A stretch of DNA of 62,763 nt, the filler included. It is 6 parts of 6 records of this genome, joined end to end, with 100 filler letters (N's around TTAATTAATTAA, not from the genome) between each part and the next. Parts side by side here need not be neighbours in the genome. Positions count along the whole stretch, not along the records: positions 44,396 to 48,373 come from SRR20825010_5315; positions 48,474 to 62,763 come from SRR20825010_5323; 4 more parts are not named here. One strand, 5' to 3'. How positions within the stretch are numbered: the first letter of the stretch is position 1; the number at the start of each line of letters is the position of its first letter. Position numbers and translations under genes: made by a program. A model generated the notes under the pieces. It did not search any database, had not been told where the DNA came from, and worked only from the letters and a program-made list of their open reading frames with translations. Positions 46,697 to 55,493 of the stretch are shown in pieces.

Positions 46697-47733
46697 GGTA
46701 ATATAACCCGGTCGCCGTCTTGCAGGCCTGTCAGTACCTCAATGCGTTTTGCGCCGTCTTCATCGAAGGGTTCGCCCAGGATCACAGCCACGTCCGTGCT
46801 GCCATCAGGCGTGGCGACGTGCACATAATCAACGCCGTGCAGCGTGTGAACCGCCTCAGGCGGAACGGAGAGAACGGTGCGCTTGCCGACCGGGATTGAC
46901 ACCAGCATGCGTTCGTTGACGAAATAGTCTCCGATTCCAGAGACCTCGACGTCTGCGATTACACGCCCGTTTATAATTTCGGGATAGATCTTGACGAGTC
47001 GCCCGGGACGGACAGTGACGGTCTGATCGGGTGATTGCGCCAATCCCCGTTCGCCGACAAGAACTTCGGTCCCCTCTACGATTTCCGCTGCGTGCCGTTC
47101 CGGTAGCGACAGACGTAGGTAGTAGGGACCTGGCGCGATGCGGGCGATTTCCTCGCCGGGGAGGATGACGGAGCCAAGCGTTACCGGAACCGTGAGGACC
47201 CGACCAGCGGCCGGGGCGAAGACCGTGCCTTCCTGCGCGCTCTGCTCGACAACGGCCTTGTCGGCCTGTGCTGCGGCGACCTGTTTGCTTGCAACTTCGA
47301 ACTGCGTTCTGGCTTGGTCCAGCCGTGTTTGAGTTCCCGTGCCCGCCGCCCGTAGTTGTTTCGATCGTTCCAGCTCAGTCCGCGCGTACACCAGTTGGGA
47401 GTCGAGCGCTTCAATCCTGGCGTCAAGGGCCTGGAGTTGAAGCGCAAGCTTGTCATCGACCACCACGGCAACGGCTTCGCCCTTCTTGACGACATCGCCC
47501 TGACTAATGCGGATTTCGCGGATGGATCCGCCAATGCGCGCGCGCGCCGGTATCACGATGCGGCTTTCCACCTGGCCAAAAACGGCCTTCATTTCAGGAA
47601 TCGTCTCGGCCTTGACGGTAAATTCGGCCGCCCGCGCACCGTGAGCGGCAAAAAGCAACGATATAACGAGGGTGGCTTGTAGAAATCGGAAAGATGACCG
47701 AAGCATGGAAGGCGTACCTTTCATAGGCAGCAT
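46693..47733 (-). CDS. RND periplasmic adaptor (MFP); start may be 47724 or 47706
   Basis: ARARIGG, GDVVKKGE lipoyl-like motif, APAAG, VLTGLQDGD. Confidence 0.9.
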   Translation of the reverse strand: MLPMKGTPSMLRSSFRFLQATLVISLLFAAHGARAAEFTVKAETIPEMKAVFGQVESRIVIPARARIGGSIREIRISQGDVVKKGEAVAVVVDDKLALQLQALDARIEALDSQLVYARTELERSKQLRAAGTGTQTRLDQARTQFEVASKQVAAAQADKAVVEQSAQEGTVFAPAAGRVLTVPVTLGSVILPGEEIARIAPGPYYLRLSLPERHAAEIVEGTEVLVGERGLAQSPDQTVTVRPGRLVKIYPEIINGRVIADVEVSGIGDYFVNERMLVSIPVGKRTVLSVPPEAVHTLHGVDYVHVATPDGSTDVAVILGEPFDEDGAKRIEVLTGLQDGDRVILP

Positions 47734-47778
47734 CGCGCGAAATCGCGCCTTAAGTTATAAAACGGAGAAGTGTACGGT

Positions 47779-47982
47779 CTACTTGAACGCGACCCCAGTC
47801 TTGCATCCAAGACTCTTGAACACCATGGCTGCCGGACAGAAACCCGTAACCGAAGCCTGGATGAGGTTCACGCCGACAAAGGCTGTTAGAAGAAACCACC
47901 AAGGTGAAATGTAGTAGCCGAGTGCCAAGGAAGCGAGAATCATAAACCCCGCGAACATCATGACGGCGCGATCAATTGTCAT
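47779..47982 (-). CDS. DUF2892/YgaP-like small membrane protein
   Basis: IDRAV..FAG, LTAFVG.NLIQ...TGFCP; AGGAGA RBS. Confidence 0.9.
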   Translation of the reverse strand: MTIDRAVMMFAGFMILASLALGYYISPWWFLLTAFVGVNLIQASVTGFCPAAMVFKSLGCKTGVAFK

Positions 47983-48111
47983 TTTTATCTCCTCTTTCTA
48001 TTTAATTATGTTCCACATCCGCAGGCCTCGATCATGCTGAGAGATCGAAACCTTCGTATTGGCATGTCTTTTTTCTCTATCCCTCTTGCATATAACATTC
48101 AAATATTATAA

Positions 48112-48127
48112 ATTCAAGATTATGAAT
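48112..48127. promoter_or_regulatory. SqrR-type operator ATTC-N8-GAAT
   Basis: ATTCAAGATTATGAAT overlapping the regulator's ATG. Confidence 0.62.
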
Positions 48128-48373
48128 GTAAAAAATATGATTGCATCTGCGGAAGCAGCGGCCAAGCTGATGCGTAGCCTATCGCACCCCCAGCGCCTTC
48201 TCGTGCTTTGTGCTTTGGTGGAAGGGGAGAAGTCGGTTGCCAAGTTGCGTCAGGAGCTTGGGATCGAGCAGGTGCCAATGTCACAGCAACTCATACGGCT
48301 GAGATCGGACGGGCTTGTCAAATCGCGCCGTGAGGGAACGACGGTTCACTATAGAATTGCTTCCCATGAAGTG
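48122..48373 (+). CDS. ArsR/SmtB repressor, BigR/SqrR-like (3'-truncated)
   Basis: A..LMRSLSHPQRLLVLC.L.EGE, SQQL..LR, RREG...HYRI. Confidence 0.88.
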
Positions 48374-48473
48374 NNNNNNNNNNNNNNNNNNNNNNNNNNN
48401 NNNNNNNNNNNNNNNNNTTAATTAATTAANNNNNNNNNNNNNNNNNNNNNNNNNNNNNNNNNNNNNNNNNNNN
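48374..48473. other. Artificial contig linker
   Basis: N44-TTAATTAATTAA-N44. Confidence 0.98.
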
Positions 48474-48474
48474 A

Positions 48475-48654
48475 GTGAAAAAGGCCGGATTGATCATCGC
48501 AGCTATTGGCACCGCAGTGCTGACAGCACCAGGATTGGTGCCTGCTGTATTGCTCGCCTATGCGGGGTATGCAGTGACAGCCGGAACTGTCTTGGTCACC
48601 ATCTCTCAATTAACCGTCGACGACGGAGCATTTGAGAAGCTGTTGATGAATTAA
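48475..48654 (+). CDS. Small hydrophobic Bacteroidota protein, C-terminal fragment (absent from the ORF track)
   Basis: VKKAGLIIAAIGTAVLTAPGLVPAVLLAYAGYAVTAGTVLVTISQLTVDDGAFEKLLMN-stop followed by a terminator. Confidence 0.65.
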   Translation: MKKAGLIIAAIGTAVLTAPGLVPAVLLAYAGYAVTAGTVLVTISQLTVDDGAFEKLLMN

Positions 48655-48675
48655 CTAGAATCTATTGATAGTATT

Positions 48676-48706
48676 AAACCGGAGGGGATTCCTCTCCGGT
48701 TTTTTT
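48676..48706 (+). terminator. Intrinsic terminator
   Basis: AAACCGGAG/CTCCGGTTT stem plus T-tract. Confidence 0.8.
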
Positions 48707-48987
48707 AGTTAGCTGTAGAAGCGAATCATTATTCACCCTATTAAATGTAAAGCAAGGAGCACCTTAATGGAGAGAAACGGTTTAAGCTCCTTTGCAACAT
48801 TCTAAGATGATTTTTCAGGAATATGCTTATTTGACTGGCTGGATTCGGTCTGTCATGAAATAGAGTCTGAAGGGAACAACATTTCATGGGTGAATATTTC
48901 AGAAACAGGAAGTGATTTCAGGGTAGATATGGCAATGCCGGGAAAAAAAGGAGGATTTTAAAGTAGAAATTATTAATAATATCGTGC

Positions 48988-49677
48988 TCACTTAGGCTGA
49001 ATTATATATGATCTTACCCCCATGACGATCATTAATTGGGCTATTGCGTAGGTTCCCATAATCATTAAATCGGCATCAGGAATTGCCTGGTAAAATTTGT
49101 CCAGTGCGATCAGGCCATCAGAAATAAAGAATAGACTGGCACCTATGAAAACTTGCCAAAAGGAAGCTTTATTACACTTGTTATATCGCTCTCTAGCAGT
49201 TGTTAGCATGCTTACGATCGCTATGATGTAGACAATCACCGGGATTTTAAGTACCCCCAGATTAGGGTTGATCATATAGAATACAAAAGCCGCCACAAAG
49301 TAGATTGGTAGATTGATAAAGAAGGTCTTTACGAAATTTACATTCAATATAGATTCAGGAGCTTTTTGAGCTACTTTGAAACCTATGATATAGCATACAT
49401 GAGCGATGAGAAATGCTCCGATTCCATACATGAAAAGGTTGTCCCAGAGAAGTAAAATATCGCCAATAAGGGAGAAAATCAGTCCACCAAGAATTGACTT
49501 TGCCAGTAAAGTGGAGGAAATTGGTTTGGTGATTTGATAGAAATAGAGTGCTAAGCCTAAAATAATCAGAGGTTTGGAAAAAAATCTCAATTCATTTTTT
49601 TGCTCTAGAATAAAGGCCATATCTGTCATAGAAGCGAACAAAAACAGGTAAAGCCACAGGATATTTTTCTTTTTCAA
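48988..49677 (-). CDS. YhhN-family lysoplasmalogenase-like membrane protein
   Basis: SKPL, FSLIGDILL, FLIAHVCYI, LFFISD, TYAIAQ; TTG start. Confidence 0.9.
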   Translation of the reverse strand: MKKKNILWLYLFLFASMTDMAFILEQKNELRFFSKPLIILGLALYFYQITKPISSTLLAKSILGGLIFSLIGDILLLWDNLFMYGIGAFLIAHVCYIIGFKVAQKAPESILNVNFVKTFFINLPIYFVAAFVFYMINPNLGVLKIPVIVYIIAIVSMLTTARERYNKCNKASFWQVFIGASLFFISDGLIALDKFYQAIPDADLMIMGTYAIAQLMIVMGVRSYIIQPK

Positions 49678-50027
49678 GGAGTTATAAATTTTGAGTGGTA
49701 TAAATAATGTGAATCAATAATTTGAAATAATGCGATTTATCCAAAATAAATTTGGTAAAAACATCACTTAACAATTTGGTAATGGTTTGGGCTTAATTTA
49801 GAATATTATTCTAAGTTAAGCGGGTATTTCCTATTCAATGAATGGTGAAACATATTTTTTTCTTACATAAACAGAATATTATTCACCTATCAATGTTAAC
49901 AAATTGTTAAAAATTGTGAAATTTGAGGCGTAAAACTTAACGGTAAGTACCCTTATATGCCAAAAGGCGAATTTACCTTTGCAACTGAAATTTATTTCAA
50001 ACCAACTTATATCAAAACGTACAAATT

Positions 50028-53000
50028 ATGAGGCAAAATTTACTTAAAAGTTTGATTTCACTCGTATTGGTTGTGATTGCAACTATCGGCGTGTCACAAG
50101 CACAGGTCACCACTAGTTCCATCGTAGGACAAGTGGTGGACGCACAGGGAGAAACTCTTCCAGGGGCGAATGTTGTAGCTACGCACGAGCCGTCAGGTAC
50201 TCGTTATGGAGCTGTTTCCAATTTGGATGGTAGATTTACTATTCCAAACATGAGAATTGGTGGTCCATACACTATTCAAGTAAGCTTTATTGGGTACCAG
50301 CCTGCTACTTATGGCAATGTGGTATTAAGATTGGGCGAGCCATTTGCTCTTTCCATTACACTAAACGATGATAGCACAGAACTTGGTGAAGTGATTGTTT
50401 CTGGAGCAAAATCATCAGAATTTGACTCTAACAAAACAGGTACTTCTACTAATATCTCGAAGAAGCAACTTACTGATCTTCCTCAAATCAATAGAAGTGT
50501 AACTGAATTTACTCGTTTGACTCCTCAAGCAAACGGGACTTCTTTTGCAGGTCGTGACTCACGATACAACAATTTGCAGGTAGATGGTGCTAATTTCAAT
50601 AACGGTTTTGGTCTAAGCGGTAATCCACTTCCAGGTGGTAATGCTCAGCCAATTTCTTTGGATGCAATTGAAGAAATTACGGTAAATATCGCGCCATTTG
50701 ATGTGACTCAAAGTGGTTTTACAGGTGCAGGTATAAATGCAGTAACTCGTAGTGGTACAAATACATTGCAAGGTTCAGCTTACTACTTCACCAAAAACCA
50801 AGATTTACAGGGTAAAAAAATCGGAGACAATGAATTGGAATCTGTAGATGCAGGTACTAAAAACTTTGGCTTTAGATTAGGTGGTCCAATCATTAAGAAC
50901 AAATTGTTCTTTTTCGTCAATGCAGAAAGAGAAAACGAAACAGGAGCTAATGCTTCGGGTACTAACCTTTGGAGACCATCTGAAAATGGTATCGCTGATG
51001 CTGAAAACAACGTCACTAGAGTAAGAAGATCTGAGATGGATGCGGTAAGCAATCACCTTATCAACGTTTGGGGATATGATCCAGGTAGATATGAAGGATA
51101 TGCAAATGAAGCGGAGCAGCACAACACTAAATTTCTAGCAAGAATTGACTGGAACATCAGTGATAAGCACAAGCTTGCAGTGAGATATAACCAAGTAGTT
51201 GGTATTTCTAATCAATTGACTAACGGATCTTCAGGTCCTAGACCAAGAACTACTAGTGATGCAAACAGAGTAAGCCAGAATTCAATGGCATTTGAGAATG
51301 CCAGCTATGGTTTTGAAAACTCTGTGAAATCGTTAACGGCTGAATTGAACTCCTACTTAAGTCCAAAGATCTCTAATCAGTTCTTGTTCACATATTCTAA
51401 AATTCAGGATGTAAGAACTACTCCAAGCAGCCAACTCTTCCCAATGGTAGATATTTGGGATGCTGGAAGAGGTGATGGTGACAGAAACTACATCAGTTTT
51501 GGTACAGAATTGTTCTCTTATAATAACGACGTTATTAACGATAACTTTTCTTTCATCGACAACTTGACCTATATCAACGGTAAGCATACCGTTACTGCAG
51601 GTGCTGCATTTGAAGTTCAGAAATTCGGTAACAGTTTTACTAGAATGGGAACATCTTACTATAGATATGCATCTGTTGAAGATTTCTTGACTACTGGAAC
51701 TCTAGATGAAGTGGCTCCTATCATGTTTGGTTTGACTTATCCTTATGAAGGTCAAGAAACATACGCTAGAGTGAATTTTGGACTTGCATCAATTTATGCT
51801 CAGGACAAATTCGCTGTCAATAATCAATTGACTTTGACATTTGGATTAAGAGCTGAGTTGCCAATCTATTTGAATGATTTGACTGCTAACCCATCGATCA
51901 ATGCCCTTACATTATTGGATACTGATGGACAGCCTAAAAATTACGATTCAGGTAACTGGCCAACCTCTAGAGTGATGGTTTCACCACGTTTTGGTTTTAA
52001 CTATGACGTGTCTGGCGACAGAAGCTTTATCGTAAGAGGTGGTACAGGTATCTTCACAGGTAGAGTACCATTCGTATGGTTGACAAATATGCCTACAGGT
52101 GCTGGTGTACTTCAGAACACTATTGAACCAGGTAGTTACGATGAAGTAGCTCCTTGGATTAGTAGTGTGACTTTCCAGCCTGAAAGATATTACTATGTGA
52201 ATACTCCTCCTGCTGGTGGTGAAAATGTATTCATTAAAAGCCCAGCTGGTGGCTCTCCTGGATCATTTGCTTTGGTTGATAGAGATTTCAGAATGCCATC
52301 AGTATGGAGAACTAGCTTAGGTGCAGATTACCAACTTGGTAATTCTCCTTTTATCTTGACTGCTGACCTCCTTTACACTAAGGATATCAATGCTGTATAC
52401 CAGTTTGGTGCAAATAGAGCAATATCTCCAAACAGGATGAACTATGATGCAGGTGATAACAGAGAAGTGGTTCTGTCTTCAAGCAACATTCAGTACAACT
52501 CAGCTTTGGGTGCTAATAACGCGACAATCTTGACAAATACTGATCTTAAAGGTCACGCTTTCAGTGCAACAGCTGGAGTTTTGATACCTGAATTCAATGG
52601 TCTTTCTGGAAGCATCTACTATACTTATTCTGAAGCGAAAGAAGTTAGTGCAAACTCTGGTTCTTCTGCTACTTCAGCTTGGGGTGCTAGCCCGAGCATC
52701 AACAGCCCGAACGATCAGATGTTGAACATCTCAAACTTTGCAGTTCCTCATAGAGTAGTAGCTAACCTAGCTTACCGAGTTGAGTATGCTAAGAATTTTG
52801 CTACATCAATTGGTGTGTACTATAGCGGGTCTGCTCAAGGTAGATACTCGTACACTTATGGTAATGATTTTAATGGAGACGGTATCAATGCTGATTTACT
52901 ATTCTTACCTGAGAATACAAGTAGCTTGAAGTTTGTAGATATCGTATCTAGTGGTAATGTAGTTTACACTGCTGCAGAACAAGCAGCTGCTTTTGATAAG

Positions 53001-53372
53001 TATGTAGCTAGCAATGACCTAGAGCAATACAGAGGAGATTATGTTCCTAGAAATGCATTTGTAATGCCTTGGTTGAGCAGATTTGATGTAAGAGTGCTTC
53101 AGGATATCTTCACTAACATCGGTGAAAGAAAAAATACAATCCAGTTAAGTTTGGATATTGTAAACTTTGGTAACCTATTGAACAAAGACTGGGGAATTCA
53201 GGATAACCTAAACGGTGCTCAAAACCTGCTTTCTAGATCAGGTTCTGTAAGTCAAAGTCCTAGTGTTGTCATGAACCGAGTTTCTGGTGAGTTGCCAACT
53301 AATCCTTATCAAAATGCTTCTAGCTTCTCCACAACTTGGAGTATGCAGTTTGGCCTTAGATATATTTTCTAA
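50028..53372 (+). CDS. TonB-dependent receptor, Oar-like, with carboxypeptidase regulatory-like N-domain
   Basis: Signal peptide; LPGANV, PISLDAIEE, APFDV.QSGFTGAGINAVTRSG, SPRFGFNYD; C-terminal Phe; TACCTTTG -7 element upstream. Confidence 0.93.
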   Translation: MRQNLLKSLISLVLVVIATIGVSQAQVTTSSIVGQVVDAQGETLPGANVVATHEPSGTRYGAVSNLDGRFTIPNMRIGGPYTIQVSFIGYQPATYGNVVLRLGEPFALSITLNDDSTELGEVIVSGAKSSEFDSNKTGTSTNISKKQLTDLPQINRSVTEFTRLTPQANGTSFAGRDSRYNNLQVDGANFNNGFGLSGNPLPGGNAQPISLDAIEEITVNIAPFDVTQSGFTGAGINAVTRSGTNTLQGSAYYFTKNQDLQGKKIGDNELESVDAGTKNFGFRLGGPIIKNKLFFFVNAERENETGANASGTNLWRPSENGIADAENNVTRVRRSEMDAVSNHLINVWGYDPGRYEGYANEAEQHNTKFLARIDWNISDKHKLAVRYNQVVGISNQLTNGSSGPRPRTTSDANRVSQNSMAFENASYGFENSVKSLTAELNSYLSPKISNQFLFTYSKIQDVRTTPSSQLFPMVDIWDAGRGDGDRNYISFGTELFSYNNDVINDNFSFIDNLTYINGKHTVTAGAAFEVQKFGNSFTRMGTSYYRYASVEDFLTTGTLDEVAPIMFGLTYPYEGQETYARVNFGLASIYAQDKFAVNNQLTLTFGLRAELPIYLNDLTANPSINALTLLDTDGQPKNYDSGNWPTSRVMVSPRFGFNYDVSGDRSFIVRGGTGIFTGRVPFVWLTNMPTGAGVLQNTIEPGSYDEVAPWISSVTFQPERYYYVNTPPAGGENVFIKSPAGGSPGSFALVDRDFRMPSVWRTSLGADYQLGNSPFILTADLLYTKDINAVYQFGANRAISPNRMNYDAGDNREVVLSSSNIQYNSALGANNATILTNTDLKGHAFSATAGVLIPEFNGLSGSIYYTYSEAKEVSANSGSSATSAWGASPSINSPNDQMLNISNFAVPHRVVANLAYRVEYAKNFATSIGVYYSGSAQGRYSYTYGNDFNGDGINADLLFLPENTSSLKFVDIVSSGNVVYTAAEQAAAFDKYVASNDLEQYRGDYVPRNAFVMPWLSRFDVRVLQDIFTNIGERKNTIQLSLDIVNFGNLLNKDWGIQDNLNGAQNLLSRSGSVSQSPSVVMNRVSGELPTNPYQNASSFSTTWSMQFGLRYIF

Positions 53373-53392
53373 GTCCGAAAAGATATAAGTTT

Positions 53393-53424
53393 AAAGGCAT
53401 CCCAGATTTGGGATGCCTTTTTTT
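53393..53424 (+). terminator. Intrinsic terminator
   Basis: AAAGGCATCCCA/TGGGATGCCTTT stem plus T-tract. Confidence 0.88.
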
Positions 53425-53606
53425 ATGTAGAAAGTAGAAAGGCTAAGCTTCATGCTTGGAGTATAGTCTTTCAGAGTTGAGTATCCTTTATTTTTTCCAT
53501 TAATAGAGGAGATTTGCCATCAGTAAGTTTTATTGATTTTTACAGTTTTATGTAAGTTATTTTTGCATTCTGACAACCTTGTGAAAGGTCTAAAGGTTAA
53601 CCAAGC

Positions 53607-54392
53607 ATGTTGTATTATAAAATATTTTCTCATTCAGTGAGCAAAGAATGGGTCGTGTTTATACATGGTGCAGGAGGATCCTCTGCGGTTTGGTTTAAGC
53701 AACTCAAGGACTTCAAAGAAAAGTACAATCTATTGCTCATTGATCTTCGTGGACATGGTAAATCAGCTGATTTGCCTCAAGCGATCTACAATGAAGAATA
53801 CACATTTCAGGGGGTAACAGAGGATATAATTGAAGTGTTGGATCACTTAAAGATCCCGCCAGCACATTTTATGGGGGTTTCGCTGGGGACAATCATCGTT
53901 CGTCAGCTTGCAGAGCTAGAACAATGGCGTGTGAAATCACTGGTGATGGCTGGTGCAGTGACTCGATTGACTACTCAGTCTAGGATATTAGTTTTCTTGG
54001 GAAGTACTTTCAAGCGAGTGATTCCTTATATGTGGCTTTACAGATTATTTGCATTTGTAATCATGCCCCGTAAGCAACACGCGGAGTCTAGAAATCTTTT
54101 TGTCCGAGAAGCTCAAAAATTATGTCAGAAAGAATTTATACGCTGGTTTCAATTGACAAAGGACATTAATCCGCTCCTTAGATACTTTAAGGAATCCGAT
54201 TTGGGAATCCCTACGTTGTATGTGATGGGAGATCAGGATGTTATGTTTTTGGAGCCAGTAAAGAAAATAATTAAGACACATAAAAACTCAGTATTGAATA
54301 TTTTGAAGAAATGCGGGCACGTGGTGAACGTGGAAAGACCACAAGAATTTAATAAGCTGTCACTAGCATTTCTCCAGAATCAAACTTTATAA
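53607..54392 (+). CDS. Alpha/beta-fold hydrolase
   Basis: HGAGG, DLRGHG, GVSLG nucleophile elbow, CGHVV. Confidence 0.9.
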   Translation: MLYYKIFSHSVSKEWVVFIHGAGGSSAVWFKQLKDFKEKYNLLLIDLRGHGKSADLPQAIYNEEYTFQGVTEDIIEVLDHLKIPPAHFMGVSLGTIIVRQLAELEQWRVKSLVMAGAVTRLTTQSRILVFLGSTFKRVIPYMWLYRLFAFVIMPRKQHAESRNLFVREAQKLCQKEFIRWFQLTKDINPLLRYFKESDLGIPTLYVMGDQDVMFLEPVKKIIKTHKNSVLNILKKCGHVVNVERPQEFNKLSLAFLQNQTL

Positions 54393-54409
54393 GCCTATTA
54401 CTTTTCTAC

Positions 54410-55492
54410 ATGAAAAAGCAAACTAAAACCATATTGATCATTGCGGTTATTTTGATTGCTGCCGTGGCATACATTTATCCTAGAATGGATAGTCGCAAGA
54501 GCAATGAATCTGGGGTGGCGTCGGTGGGTGCTGGACCAGGGACTCCTGCCGATTTACCGGTGAAAGTGGTGAAGCTTGCACGCGAAACTCTCCGTAACCA
54601 ACTTTCCGTAACGGGTACAATCATACCAAATGAATCTGTTAATCTGAGAACAGAGATCTCCGGTTTGATCACTAAAATTTCTTTTAAAGAAGGTCAATAT
54701 GTAAGCAAAGGAACTCCTTTACTTTATCTGAATGATGATGAGCTACAAGCTCAGTTTCAGCGACTCCAGTATACTCAGAAACTTTTTGAAACTCAGGAGA
54801 ACAGACAAAAGCAGTTGTTGGCACGGGAGGCAATTAGCCAAGAAGAATACGACATAGTACTGAATCAATTCAATACCACGCTGTCAGATTTGAAATTGGT
54901 GGAAGCTCAACTTTCTAAAACAGTCATTAGAGCCCCCTTTAATGGGATTTTGGGATTGAGGCAAGTGAGTGAAGGCTCTGTAATCGGTACCAATGATATT
55001 ATTGCAAATTTTGTGAATATCGATCCGATTAAAATTGAGTTTTCTATCCCTGAGCGCTATGCTAATCAGGTTTCTGTGGGTTCTCCTATATATTTTACTA
55101 ATGAATCTACTCCTGAGGAGGTTTTGGGTAAGGTGTATGCTTTTGAACCTCAAATAGATGCCGCTACACGAACCTTAAAGTTACGAGCTGAAAGCCCAAA
55201 TAAGGAAAGAAAGTATTTGCCTGGAATGTTTGTTAGAATTCGCTTTGTGTTGGGAGAGGTGGAGGATGCCTTGATGGTTCCTTCAGAGTCTGTAATTCCT
55301 GAGTTGCAAGGGTATAAAGTTTTTGTAGTTGGCGCCGATAACAAAGCTGAGGAGCGCTCGGTAGAAATCGGTACTCGTACAGATACACACGTTCAGATCA
55401 TGAGTGGTCTGGAAGTAGGGGATCTGGTACTCACCACTGGTGTATTGCAAGCTAGGACTGGAACTCCTTTGGAATTTACTCAAATAAACTAA
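54410..55492 (+). CDS. RND periplasmic adaptor subunit
   Basis: N-terminal TM, FKEGQ.V.KG, IRAPFNG, IDAATRT, LPGMF. Confidence 0.93.
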   Translation: MKKQTKTILIIAVILIAAVAYIYPRMDSRKSNESGVASVGAGPGTPADLPVKVVKLARETLRNQLSVTGTIIPNESVNLRTEISGLITKISFKEGQYVSKGTPLLYLNDDELQAQFQRLQYTQKLFETQENRQKQLLAREAISQEEYDIVLNQFNTTLSDLKLVEAQLSKTVIRAPFNGILGLRQVSEGSVIGTNDIIANFVNIDPIKIEFSIPERYANQVSVGSPIYFTNESTPEEVLGKVYAFEPQIDAATRTLKLRAESPNKERKYLPGMFVRIRFVLGEVEDALMVPSESVIPELQGYKVFVVGADNKAEERSVEIGTRTDTHVQIMSGLEVGDLVLTTGVLQARTGTPLEFTQIN

Positions 55493-55493
55493 A

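Noticed and set aside
49896-49910. TTAA-N7-TTAA as a CtrA site
   Set aside because: This contig is Bacteroidota-like and CtrA is alphaproteobacterial; the region is also AT-rich.
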